Shown here one piece after another: positions 50,205-63,290 of a DNA stretch of 64,000 bases. Both the position numbers and the translations under genes were made by a program. This DNA comes from Octopus vulgaris. Taxonomy: Eukaryota. The stretch lies in the NCBI GenBank assembly GCA_951406725.2, contig OX597831.1, positions 56,172,001 through 56,236,000 on the forward strand, given 5' to 3'. The notes below the pieces were generated by a model. It made no database searches and was not told the DNA's origin. It saw only the letters and a program-made list of their open reading frames with translations. The first letter of the stretch is position 1, and each line of letters begins with the position of its first letter.

Positions 50205-51139
50205 GTAAGTAAATGCCTAAAGAACTCGTCTTTTCTATCAATATTATATGAAGGCATGTGACTTAGTGGTTAAGGTACCAAGCTCATGATTGTAAGGTTG
50301 TGAGTTCAGTACCCAGCCGCATATTGTATCCTTGAGCAAGACACTTTATTTCATGCTGCTCCAGTCACGCAGCTGGCAAAAACGAGTAGTACCTGTATTT
50401 CAAAGGGCCAGCCTTGTCACACTGAATCTCCCTGAGAATTTTGTTAAAGGTACACATGTCTATGAAGTGCTCAGCCACTCACATGTTAATTTCCCAAGCA
50501 AGTTATTCCATTGATCAGATCAACTGGAACCCTCGTTGTTGTAACTAATGGAGTGCCAGCTTTTATATGAAGTGTAGTAGTAGTAGTAGAACTAGCTAAG
50601 TCTGTGCAGATGGTGGTAATGGTGACGATGATGAGGCAGTAATAGAAGGAATGATGGTATTAGTACTAATTATTGCTTTAGAGAATTTATCTTTGTTTAT
50701 AGGTTCCATGTTCAGATCTCATCTTAGTAAACATCACTCTCCATCGCCACACAGTTACTAAATAATGTGACTGTCAGAACTATATATTCAGAATATGTTG
50801 TTTTACATTTTACTTCTTTACTTCCCTATTTCACACTTCGCAGCACTATTTATGATGATGATAATGATATTTATAAGTATATACTTTTTCTCGTAAAATG
50901 ACTCTTGTCTTAATGTTCAGTGTGTTTCATTTCCCAACATCACGTACCCATATGCACATGTGCATATATATTGACATGCACAACACACACACGCACTCTC
51001 TTTCTTGTAATTATTATGACCTCTATCTTTCACAGACACACTTTTGTAATTATCATTATGACCTCTCTCTCTCTCTCTCTTCCTTTTTGCCGTATCTTTC
51101 TCTGCCTCTTTCACATCCATGTTTCCATCTATTTATAAG

Positions 51140-51256
51140 GCACTGCCCAAGCTGATGCAGCTATTTTAGTGGTGAATGCCACTCGAGGAGAATTTGAAAC
51201 TGGATTTCTTTCTGGTGGACAAACTAGAGAACATGCTTTGCTTGCTAGGTCTTTAG
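51140..51256 (+). CDS. HBS1L: HBS1-like GTPase exon
   Basis: ttataag| then (G)[39 protein letters not shown], then |gtaagc. Not in the ORF track; translated by hand. Confidence 0.93.
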
Positions 51257-53097
51257 GTAAGCCAGTCATTTCTTGCTTTTTTGTAACAGTTTTGCACTTT
51301 TGTTGTGTTTCTTATGCATGAAATGGCTTTTTTTTTAGCAATTTGATCATTTGTATATTGTTGGATTATTAAAGAAACTTCCTACAAGTAACAACTAAGC
51401 TGAAATATAAACAAAGCCTACTTGCCATTGAAGCAGCCTACATCAAACAGACATACTGAGAGATCCTTATTCAAAAGCACAACATAATAACCATATCTGT
51501 ACACAATGATTAAACACATTATCATGTTGTCTGTAATTCAGCAGCTTAATTTCACAGTAATTGTCTCACTTTTTATACCTATTTCTTTACTACCCACAAG
51601 AGGCTAAACACAGAGGGGACAAACAAGGACAGACATAGGTATTAAGTCGATTACATCGACCCCAGTGTGTAACTGGTACTTAATTTATCGACCCCGAAAG
51701 GATGAAAGGCAAAGTCGACCTCAGCGGAATTTGAACTCACAACGTAACGCAGACGAAATACTGCTAAGCATTTCGCCCGGCATGCTAACGTTTCTGCCAG
51801 CTCACTGCCTTTTATACCATAAGATTTACAAGGCCATTATGAACATGTATGCAGTTTTGTGCTACTCTTACATGGCCATGCCATTACAATCATCTCTTCT
51901 ACCTACATTGGCTAATACTTTGGAAATCCAGTAACTTTTTTCAGTTCAGTCCTTTTAAGCACTATATAACTCCTTCTCCAATTCATGGGAAGGTTGTGAA
52001 ATGGAATGCATAAGTGACATTATAGACACCTGACTGCAAATGACTTACACTTTGGCATTAGTTGTAATAAGTTTAATGACTAGAGGAAACCCACTGTATT
52101 AGTGATAAGTGGAGACAACTTTCTAAATACTGTGAGCCACAGGGCCAATACATTAAGGGGCTCCAGTGAACACTTCATCTTCAGGTAATAAATCCTTGGA
52201 CAAAATCAATCACAGAGTTTAGCAAATTTGTAGAATTGTTAGAGCATCAGACAAAATGTTTGGTTTTTGTTCCATCTCTTTTACATTCTCACTGCAAACC
52301 TCACCCAATGTCAACTTTACCAGTCATACTTCCAGGGATGATAGAATTAAAGTACTTTGAATTTTGGAGTATCCCAGTCATTCAATCAACAAAATAGCCT
52401 ACTCATTGCACTATATTGTATGTGGTCCAATATCCGCTCACACACATATACATACTTATAGCATTAACATGAACCCTAGGCAGAACTAGTATGGCACCAT
52501 ATGACAAAGCTAGCTCTTTGAAGTATTGAAACAGTCCATCTAACAGGGCTTCCAAGCAGTTTCCATCTACCAAGTTTTATTCACAGGGCTTGGGTCATGA
52601 TAGAAGATGCTTATTCAAGGTGCCATGCAATGAGATCAAGCCCAAGATCTCAAGATTGCATTACCCTGATCTTAAAAATGATTTAACCTTATACGATCAT
52701 CATCATTTAACGTCCATTTTCTATGCTGGCATGGGTTAGACGGTTTGACTGGGACTGGTAGGCTAGAAAGCTGCACCAGGCTGCACAATCATCTGTTTTG
52801 GCATGGTTTCTATGGTTGGATGCCCTTCCTAACACCAACTACTTTACAGAGCGTACTGGGTATTATTTACATGTCACCGGCATGGGTGCCTTTTATGTGT
52901 CACTGGCACAGTTGCTCTTTATGTGTCACCGACACTGGCAATGACCACAGTTTACTTAGCTTGACAATATTCCGTATATCCAATATACACCACTTAAGTT
53001 TTGGTACAGTCATTTAATCATTTTCTTAACTATTTGGCCACACACACGCACACACATATATATATTTATGTACTTATGTTGTTTATTCTTGTTGCAG

Positions 53098-53331
53098 GAA
53101 TCGCTCAACTAATTGTGTGTGTAAATAAAATGGACACAGTTGACTGGTCAGAGGAAAGATATAATGAAATTGTGAAAAAATTGGGGACGTTTCTCAAGCA
53201 AGCTGGATATCGTGACAAAGAAGTCAGTTTTGTACCATGCAGTGGTTTAGAAGGAGAAAACTTAATTAAACCAGTTTCTCAACCTGAACTAGCAGCCTGG
53301 TATAATGGCAATTGTCTGTTGGAGCAAATAG
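53098..53331 (+). CDS. HBS1L: HBS1-like GTPase exon (G4 NKMD, G5 SG)
   Basis: gttgcag| then IAQLIVCVNKMDTVDWSEERY...FVPCSGLEGENL...WYNGNCLLEQI, then |gtttgt. Confidence 0.95.
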
Positions 53332-53735
53332 GTTTGTTCGTATTTCATAATCATTTAGCTTCCATTTTCCATGCTGGCTTGGGTTAAACAGTTTAACTGG
53401 AACTGGTAAGCTGAAGAGCTGCACCAGGCTCCAGTTGTCTGTTTTGGCTTGGTTTCTACAGCTGGATGCCCTTCCTAATGCCAACCACTCCACAGTGTGT
53501 AGTGGGTGTCTTTTAGCATGGGTACCCTTTGTGTGTCACCAGCACGGGTACCTTTTACATGTCACTGGCATGGATGCTTTTCACATGTCACCGGCACTGG
53601 CTACAACTACAATTTCACTTAGCTTGACATGTCTTCTCAAGCACAGCAAATCACCAAAGTTCTCAGTTACTTTTCATTGCCTCTGTGAGACTCAACAGCC
53701 AAAGATCATACTTCATCGCCTCATCCCAGTCTTTT

Positions 53736-53885
53736 TGGGTTTACCTCTTCCACAGGTCCCCTCCACAGTTAGAGATCAGCATTTCTTTACACAATGAAGT
53801 ATTCCACTAATGGGTTTACCTCTTCCACAGGTCCCCTCCACAGTTAGAGATCAGCATTTCTTTACACAATGAAGTATTCCACTAA
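53736..53885 (+). repeat. Exact 75-bp tandem duplication
   Basis: tgggtttacctc...gtattccactaa occurs twice (53736-53810 and 53811-53885). Confidence 0.9.
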
Positions 53886-53942
53886 TCCTTTCCCACCACT
53901 CAGTGGATTCAGTAAGAAGAAATCTATATGTAATCTTATTAA

Positions 53943-54160
53943 CCCTTTAGCATTCAGATTACTCTGTCAAATGCGATACTGCTTTATTTACATTGTTTTG
54001 AATTAATCATATATGATTTCATAGCTTCTAGATTTTGAGGTTATGATTGTTTATTTCTGGAATGACACTGTAAGGTAGCTGTAAGAGGCTGGATCTGACC
54101 AAACATAAAACAGGTAGAATAATATTTGGACCAGATATGGCAAGTTTAAATGTTAAAGGG
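53943..54160. mobile_element. piggyBac-type (TTAA) MITE; related copy at 20544-20765
   Basis: TTAA|ccctttagcatt ... aatgttaaaggg|TTAA. Confidence 0.75.
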
Positions 54161-55478
54161 TTAAAAGTACTCCCTTGATGGAGACAGTTGAGTTTAATTC
54201 TCTCCCTCTTGATTCTAAGTCCATATCCCAGGCTTTTGGGGAGTTGTTTCACATTCCGTTCCTCAAGAGCTGATAACATAAGTACTAATGGTATCACTAT
54301 ACCACTGTATCAACTGGACTATCAAATGTTCTTATACCGTGCTGGTCACAATGTGCTTCTACATATTGTTGTAGCTTTTGAATGATGCCTCTCCATTGGT
54401 TATGTGGACAGGCCAACATTCCTCCTGAACAGAATGCCTACTGTCCTGGCAGGCAGGCCAACATTTCCTCAGAACAGAATGTCAGTCTGTCACAGGGTTA
54501 CCCATTTACACCTAAGTGGACTGGAGCAACATGAAACAGAGAATTTTGCTCCAGAACACAATACACTACTAGTCTTGCAATTGAAACCATGATCTCAAAA
54601 TCTTGAATACAACACTCTAACCAAGAGGTCATGTGCCTTCACAGTGTAATAACGATATACTGAGATTAATTTACTGTATACCTCTCTTATATAATTACCA
54701 TAGGGAAGCAACCAATTGCAATAAATGTTTCATAAGATTTTAAGTTACTAAGGTATTGCTGAAGATTTTGTTTCATATTATAATGATTCAGTGGAGGACC
54801 CATTGTGGAGATGTAGCTTTTTGTTGGTTTCTCTGGGTTCTTAGTTGCTTCTTTGTGCTCAGTACTCAACAACATCATCACCATCAACATTTAACGTCCG
54901 TTTTCCATGCTGGCATGGGTTGGACAGCTTGACAGGAATTGGCAAGGCCAGGGGCCACACAAGGTTCCACAGTCTGTTTTGGCTTGGTGTTTACAGCTGG
55001 ATGCCCTTCCTAAAACCAACCACTTTACAGAGTGTAGTGGGTGCTTTTTATGTGGCACCAACATCAGTGCTTTTTATGTGGCACCAGCACCAGTGTTTTT
55101 TACGTGGCACCTTAGTTTTAGGATCTCGGTTCTGTTGTGGTGGGCAAGTCTTCTTGAGTACAGCAATGCACTACATACCTTGGTTCTCTGTCATCTCCTT
55201 CATAAGGCTCGGCATTTTGAAACTAGCTTTCAATATGTCATCCCATGTCTCCCTCTCCCACAATTTTGCTTCACTTTAAGTGATCAGCACTTCTTTATGC
55301 AACTGTCCTCATACATCCACATCACATGAGCAAACCAGTGTAGTCTCCTCTCTTGCACACTGCATATAATTCCTCTTATGCCCAACTTCTCTATACACCA
55401 GCTCAATAAAACTCTTCTCTGTTTCAGTGTACAACTACTTATTAAAGAGTTAACCTAAAAATCCATATCTATCTAGAC

Positions 55479-55782
55479 CAGTGGTTCTCAACCAAGGTTC
55501 AAATGGCCCTAAGAGGTCCAGATAAGATTTTGTTCTTAAAATTTATCTCCAATAAATTGGTTATATTTCTACAACATTTCATTTCATCTAGTTTCAGCTC
55601 ACGAGCTGTGGCCATGCTGGAGCACCGAAAATATTTTAAAATTTATTTTTATACAGTTCCTGATAATACTTAATTATAAAATTAAAACAGGATTTTTAAA
55701 AAAATTGAATGACTAGTAGGGTCCATCCAAGTAAAATAGAAATCAGAGGGGCCCATAGGTAAAAAATGGTTGAGAAACACTG
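55479..55782. mobile_element. hAT (Charlie-like) MITE
   Basis: TIRs cagtggttctcaacc / ggttgagaaacactg. TSD atctagac / atctagag. Confidence 0.8.
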
Positions 55783-56963
55783 ATCTAGAGAGCTATTGTC
55801 TCCAGCCCTTGAAATCATAGGGATGGTTTCCCAGTTTCTATGGCATAAAAGTAACCAAGATCACAACATTCTCCCTGAATAGGACACCAGTCCATCACAG
55901 GGTACTCATAGCTCAGTAGACTGGAATAATATGAAATGAAGTGTTTTTTCAAGAAAACAAAGCACTACCTGGTCCAGGAATTGAAACCATAATCTTGAGG
56001 TTGTAAGTACAACACCATAGCCACTAGGCCATGTGCTTTCACTAAAATCCATTCAGAGATGACTTAACACTTTTAATACCAACACATCTGAAACCACTCC
56101 TAATTCTATGATACAAGCTTCCTCTTTTAAAGTGGTCTAAATGAAAACTTGCCATCAAAGTTTTATATGTAATTCAAGTTCCAAAAATCAGCTTAATAAT
56201 GACAAAATTATTTTACTAACTTCAAAATTAACTGAAACAAAAGTCATGTTTCTCAACAGAAATATATATGTATAACAAAAAGTGGTAATCAAGAGAGATT
56301 AGTCATGCAAAATACCTCCCTTTGTAATAGAAACCTAAACTATAAAGTATATTAAGATATATGGTGCTACAACTTGGTCTATTTAACCCTAAAAATCAGT
56401 AATTCACCTCTTAGTGGGGTGTTAAAAGTGAGACCACACTCATTATCCGACAGTGTATGTTGATATATTCATATACTCTTACTCTTTTACTTGTTTCAGT
56501 CATTTGAGTGTGGCCATGCTGGAGCACCACCTTTAGTCAAGCAAATCAACCCCAGGACTTATTCTTTGCAAGCCTAGTACTTATTCTATCGGTCTCTTTT
56601 GCCGAACTGCTAAGTTACGGAGACGCAAACACACCGGCATCGGTTGTCAAGCAATGTTGGGGGGACAAATACAGACACACAAACATATACATACACATAC
56701 ATACATACATACATATACATACATACAACGGGCTTCTTTCAGTTTCCGTCTACCAAATCCACTCACAAGGCTATAGTAGAAGACACTTGCCCAAGGTGCC
56801 ACGCAGTGAGACTGAACCTGGAACCATGTGGTTGGTAAGCAAGCTACTTACCACACAGCCACTCCTGATATGATATATATAAGATATGATATATTTTTGC
56901 TTTTCTAAAAAAAAAACATTAATGGAGAAAATTAAATTTTTTTTTTTTTTTTCTAAATTTCAG

Positions 56964-57137
56964 ACAAGTTTTACAGTCTGGATCGTGCTATCGACAGTCC
57001 TTTTAGGTTGTGTATCTCAGATGTGTTTAAAGGCTTGGGCAGTGGATTTTGTGTGTCTGGTAAAGTATGTACAGGTGGAGTCCAGAATGGTGATGTAGTA
57101 TTACTCATGCCAAATGCTGAAAAAGCTACAGTCAAAG
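56964..57137 (+). CDS. HBS1L: HBS1-like GTPase exon (domain II)
   Basis: tttcag| then DKFYSLDRAIDSPFRLCISDVFKGLGSGFCVSGKVCTGGVQNGDVVLLMPNAEKATVK, then |gtaagc. Phases match both neighbours. Confidence 0.93.
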
Positions 57138-57447
57138 GTAAGCATTTCTCTATCTGAACTCTCAGTGTTAGTTTTGAAGGAATGATGTTCTTGATGAAGA
57201 CATCGGATGTGTGTCTCAACAACTTAGTTTTGAGTTGTTGGAAACAGAATGTCAAGAAGTTAGTGGGTAAGGAAGTTTGTGAACTCATTCATTCCAAAGA
57301 AAATGTTTATAAATAAAAACATAGCATCTAGCAGTCATTGTATTTCAGGATGGTCTTTTTTTTTTTAAAAAAAAAGAAAAAGAATGACCAGCCCAAAATA
57401 CGATATATATATATATATATATATGTATGTATATATATATGTATATA

Positions 57448-57509
<62 letters not shown>

Positions 57510-58839
57510 TGTATATATTAAAGTGTATATAATAACACAAAAGACATAGTTTACTCAATCTTAACCGCAGTAATTAATAAATTTTAGAACTATAAAAGTA
57601 TAAATCAATTTTTTTCTTGTCCATAAGTCTACTATTTTTAATGCAATTCATAATTTTAAGTCAACACTTTGAAGTCAAAGTGATTGGCAACCACCAAAAT
57701 TTTCTGTCTGCCAAACATCAAAACTATCAACAGTGCATAAAACTCAAACCCTCAGTTTCTATGTATCGTTTTTGTTTTCTTTGTTTCAGTCATTGGACTG
57801 TGGCCATGCTGGAGTACCACATCAAAGGATTTAGTCAAACAAATCGATCCCAGTACTTATTTTATTAGTTGTTTTGCTAAACCACTAAGTTACAGGGACA
57901 TATATAAACCAATACCAATTGTCAGATAGTGGTGGGTGAACATGCAAACGTGCGCACAGCAGGCTTCTACACAGTTTTTTATTTCTTTATTGCCCACAAG
58001 GGGCTAAACATAGAGGGGACAAACAAGGACAAACAAAGGGATTAAGTCGATTACATCGACCCCAGTGCATAACTTGTACTTAATTTATCGACCCTGAAAG
58101 GATGAAAGGCAAAGTCAACCTCAGCAGAATTTGAACTCAGAACGTAACGGCAGATGAAATACTGCTAAGCATTTCGCTCGGCATGCTAACGTTTCTGCCA
58201 GCTCGCTGCCTTTCTACACAGTTTCTGTCTCCCAAATTCATTCACAAGGCATTGATTAGACCAGGGCTATAATAGAGGACACTTGTCCAAGGTGCTATAC
58301 AGTGGGAATGAACCTGAAACCATGTAGTTGCAAAGCAAGCTTCTTAACCATAATTTGATTCTTTCTTTTTCTGAATTGAGTTAACTGAGTTTATAATGAA
58401 GTCTGTTTGTAAGGATATTACTTCATCTTTGATGTGTTGTTGACACAGTGCTTTGATTGATATTCTCTTCATTTGTATTTAGATAATACTCCAAGCATAG
58501 CTCATGAATAATGATTGAGAGAATACTGAATAAAATATTGTATAAACAACATATCCAAGATGGAGAAATTGTCTATAAAACAGACCTTTCTAAATCACCA
58601 AATGAAGCTTCTTATCTCTTGCATTTTGTTTTGATTCGTTATTGACATGATTAATAACAAACACATTTGATAACTTCCCTAATGATTGCACAGGACTTAA
58701 AAATGATGTAATGTCATGCAAGCATACTTGTATATTCAATATGCAACATTTTAATCTTTGGTTAATAATAATTTTTTCCAGCGATCAAGTTGATATGCTA
58801 TATAGTGTATACATTCAAACATTACACTGTATAACATGG

Positions 58840-59280
58840 TTTTTGTCCTTGGCTAGCAACTGTTATTTCCTATTTGCTTACTCCTAGAAAGTATGAAAAA
58901 TGTATATTTCCTTCAAACTTTGCTTTTGTTACATTTATACAAGCTCCAAAGAATCCCTCTCAACACATGACTATGATGCTCCCCAACTATTCCTGCTCAT
59001 AATCAGAGATGCACATATTGTCAGTCACTAAGGGACATGCTCAAGTGGTTACGGTCAAGCAACTGATCAACAAATCTGTGGTATTGAGCAGAATATTTGC
59101 TATAATATTTTACTTCAACAACTCAGTGCTGAATCTGTCTGAAATGTAATAGAAAATAGGTCAGTTTAAAACCATTGATATCCAGGTTACAAAAGCAAAG
59201 TTTGAAAGGAATAGTAATACTTTCCTTTGATTTCAAGATAGACACAAATAGGAAATAACACCTACTGACCAAAGACAAAG
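58840..59280. mobile_element. Foldback/MITE-like element with ~95-bp imperfect TIRs and a captured repeat fragment
   Basis: tgttatttcctattt...ttccttcaaactttgcttttgt pairs with acaaaagcaaagtttgaaggaa...aaataggaaataaca. Confidence 0.55.
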
Positions 59281-59489
59281 CAGTATATAAATTTTGTCAT
59301 ATGGTGTCATTACAATCTTACCAAATTCTGCATTTCACATTGAATTTTTGGTCCTCGAAAGTCATCTTAGTGTATAAGTCGACCTACATCTTTTGGCTGT
59401 GAATTTTGATCTGAAAAATTTTGACTTGTATGCTGGAAAATATGGTATATCTTTTATAAATGAGAGGTTTTCTAAATTCTGTTTTCTAG

Positions 59490-59585
59490 GTATCACTCTG
59501 AATGATGAACCAAAGCAATGTGCCTTTGCAGGTGACCACATCATACTTACTCTAGTTGGTATTGATATGAATAATGTTTCAGTTG
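59490..59585 (+). CDS. HBS1L: HBS1-like GTPase exon (domain II)
   Basis: ttttctag| then GITLNDEPKQCAFAGDHIILTLVGIDMNNVSV, then |gtgagt. Confidence 0.93.
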
Positions 59586-60163
59586 GTGAGTGCCATTTGA
59601 TTGTTCTCTTTGTATTTAGTCATTCCTATCAAGCCCTTTATGGTATCGTAGTGGTAGAATTTGCTGAAACAGAGCTCCTGTGGAAGAATTTCTACAATAG
59701 CTTGGACTTCTATGCTTATTTTAATTCAGTTCAGTCTAACAAACAAAACATTCAGTAATTATGTAGTGCATATATCAGCTGAGAGCAATAATTAGTATCT
59801 ACCCATTATTTCTATTTTGGAGTTTTGGGACATCTTGTGAGACCATGGAACTTGAAAGTTCTTGAAAGTTCCTCTACCAGATGCAGTTGCTCATGCATGC
59901 AAGTCTTCTCTTTCTGCAATACTAATGTCCAAGGCAAAGGCAAAAGCCAGTACAACTTGGTGCCAGTTTATTATCATATGTTGCTGTCAGAATGCAAAGA
60001 GCCAGAACAGATGCCACAAGATATCTTGTCTGATGCTCTAACACTTCCTCCAAAACATCTCCATGGACCACTACTTTATTTCTTCTTAAATCCCTAGCTG
60101 GCAATTGAAGCGGGGAGACTGTCCTCAACCAATATACTGTTGTAGGTACCATAAGATGATAAC

Positions 60164-60242
60164 TATATATATATATATATTGTGTGTGTGTGTATGTATG
60201 TATTTATGTGTATATATTTGTATGTATATATGTGTATATATG

Positions 60243-60284
<42 letters not shown>

Positions 60285-60375
60285 GTGTGTGTGTGTATGT
60301 ATGTATTTATGTGTATATATTTGTATGTATATATGTGTATATATGTATGTATATATGTGTATATATATGTAGATG

Positions 60376-60412
<37 letters not shown>
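60164..60412. repeat. Compound (TA)n/(TG)n microsatellite; similar tracts at 145-216, 17083-17212, 30991-31135, 57402-57510
   Basis: Direct inspection. Confidence 0.95.
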
Positions 60413-60414
<2 letters not shown>

Positions 60415-62193
60415 CTGAGACCCCCTTTGGTCATGACTGACTGTGGGATTGCACCTAGAATGTTACCCTCCTAGGCACAAGTCCGGGCAAGGTTGTTTAT
60501 GGAAGACCAGCAGTTGCCCATGTATACCCTCTCCACACCACCAGTGTTATCCAAGGGAAAGGCAACGGCCAATACAGCTTGGCAGCTGTGACATCACAAC
60601 TCATTTCTACAGCTGAGTGAACTGGAGTGACGTGAAATAAAGTGTCTTGCTCAAGAACACAACACGCAGCCTGGTCCAGGATTCGAACTCACAACCTCAC
60701 AATCGTAAGCTCAACACACTAACCACTGAGCCATGCACCTTCGCTATATATATATATATATATATAAAAAAAGAGGATAATTCTATAACTTTGTTAAACC
60801 GAAGAGCAAAAGTAAAAATAGGACTGCAGCTAGAACTGCTCAGGTCACACCGAGGCAAAAGGAGAAATAAATTGAAAGGTGTAATGAATAAACATTCCAA
60901 TCGGTCAAACCAACCTTATATCATTCTCAAATTATCAAAAATTGAATATGAATTATATTAAAATAATAGGGCTCTCAATGATAAAACCCAATAGTATAAA
61001 ATATAAACATATGCACGAATAAAAGGTGATAAAACCTAAAATATGGTCTTTTTTTGAAGTCTGTGTTGTGTTGTGTTGACAGACATGCACTTAAAATTCC
61101 TGCTTTTAATCAAAACTTGTTAGTTACTAAGGTGACAACACTACCTATTTATCTGTCTTTCTGACACACACACTCTTTCTCTCTCTCACTCAACAGCTTT
61201 TCTCCTCCCTTTCCTTCTCTCTACACAGATGTTGTTATGAACAGACAGATAGAGATCAGCTTCTCTTTTATAATGAGATTAATAAATACTAATTAGAACA
61301 GATCAAGAGAATCCATTAGGCTTTTCTTGCTGAGAACATAACAACTTCTCTGGTGCTATGATAAAATGCATCTTCTGTAAAGTGTATGGTGATAGGAAGA
61401 GTATCCAGCCATAGAAGCCAACCCCAAAATGAAATATAACATTTATGAACCAATGGTTCCCAATATGTACTGACTCAACCATGATGAACCATCCATCTCA
61501 TATCAAAATAACATCTTTAGCCAAACAGTATAAAGACATGCAGAAATAGATACATGCAAGTTCACACTTATATACCCACACATGAGCATGCACACACACA
61601 CACACACACACATGGCAGGCTTCTGTATAGTTTTTGCCTATCACAAAATATCACTCATGAGGTATTTGGTCAGTATTAGAGCAAAGTAGAAGATATTTGC
61701 TCAAAGTGTGACTCAGTTAAACAGACTCCAAAACCCACATGGTTGCAAAGCAAACCCAGTCATCCTGCTTCTAGAGTTTTATGTATGATTATATTTACAT
61801 TATTGTTATATTTGGGGATAGTCATATTTTTGTCCAAATATGACCATTTTGAGATTGGACGAAACAGAGCAGGAGACACATGAGATGGAGAGTTGCTGAA
61901 GAGGTCACAGGATGTATGGCGAAAGATTTCAGATGAAGGACACTAAAATATGATCAATAATAAAGCTGAAGTGAAGATCAAATATATAGTATGTGTGGTT
62001 ATTCAGCAAAAAAAAAAAAAAATTACTAAAGGTGGTGCTCCAGAATGGCTGAAACAAATAAAAGTAAATAAAAAAAAAGTATACCCCAAATATAACAATA
62101 TCTGTTGCAATACACAATTTCACATATATTTACATTATTAATTTTTATCTCAAAGTGTATATTTTAAAATAATATATAATATTTGTTTCTCAG

Positions 62194-62297
62194 GTAACTT
62201 TCTCTGTGATGCCAATAATCCTATGAAGTCAGCGACCAAAATCCGGGCCAAAGTTGTTGTGTTTAATATTGAAGTGCCAATTACTAGGGGTTATCCT
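62194..62297 (+). CDS. HBS1L: HBS1-like GTPase exon (start of domain III); gene continues past the window
   Basis: ttctcag| then GNFLCDANNPMKSATKIRAKVVVFNIEVPITRGYP, then |gtaagt. Confidence 0.93.
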
Positions 62298-62960
62298 GTA
62301 AGTACTCTTATAATCATCATCATCATCATTATTATTAAGGCAGTGAACTGGCAGAATCTTAGTGGGATTTGAACTCGGAATATAAAGAGCTAGGACACAT
62401 AGTGTCAGGTATTTTTGCCACTGCTTTAATGGTTCTTCCAGCTAGCCACCAGAATCATTAGCACACTGGACTAAATGCTTAGTAGCATTTTATCCGTCTT
62501 TACATTCTGAGTTCAAATTCTGCCAAGCTCAACTTTGCCTTATATTCTTTCAAGGTTGGTGAAATAAGTGCCAGTTGAGCACTGTGATTATTGTAAACAA
62601 CTAGCCCCTTCCCCCAAAATTGCAGGCCTTGTGTCTATAATAGAAAGGATTGTTGTTATTAAGACAGCAAGCTGGCACAATCATTACTATACCAGAGAGA
62701 ATGCTTAACTGCATTTTTCCAGCTTTACATTCTGAGTTCAAACACTATCAAGGTTGACTTTGCCTTTCATCTTCTTGGGATCAGTAAATAAGTACCAGTG
62801 AAGTACAGTTGGATTCTCAGCACCAGCTCAGACTATTTGGTCATATTGAGTGACTTGGGGAGGTCAATAAAATGAAATATAAAACATATACTGGGGTTGA
62901 TTCAGTTGATTAAACCCTTCTACAAGTCTAAGAGGGGCTAAGAACTAAACCTTCTACACA

Positions 62961-63128
62961 AAATTTCTCACAGGACTTGTCAACTCTCATCTTGCTGATT
63001 GTGTTTCTGTATATGGCTTGCACAACTCAAAGTCAACCTTGATAATTAATCAAATTGTGAGAGTTGTGCAAGCCATATACAGAAACACAATCAGCAAGAT
63101 GAGAGTTGACAAGTCCTGTGAGAAATTT
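62961..63128. repeat. Perfect 68-bp inverted repeat with 32-nt spacer
   Basis: 62961-63028 is the exact reverse complement of 63061-63128. Confidence 0.95.
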
Positions 63129-63290
63129 AGTGGTCATGAATGTTGGCTAACGATCAAAAGAATAAAATCACAAATACAAGCAGCTGAAATGGAGTTTCTC
63201 TGAAGGATCTCCAGAATAATATTACTTGACAGGGTACATAACTTGGTGATCAGAGGGTCTCTCCAAATCGAGCCACTACTTCTCTACATC
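63055..63290 (+). mobile_element. RTE-clade LINE remnant
   Basis: VQAIYRNTISKMRV... and GHECWLTIKRIKSQIQAAEMEFL*RIS resemble RTE RT and C-terminal motifs. Confidence 0.6.

Noticed and set aside
50703-50760. Cryptic acceptor ttgtttatag| as the missing exon
   Set aside because: Reads FHVQISS* in the required phase, with no GTPase motif.
50045-62297. eEF1A or eRF3 identity for the GTPase
   Set aside because: [25 protein letters not shown] and FNIEVPITRGYP fit HBS1-like proteins.
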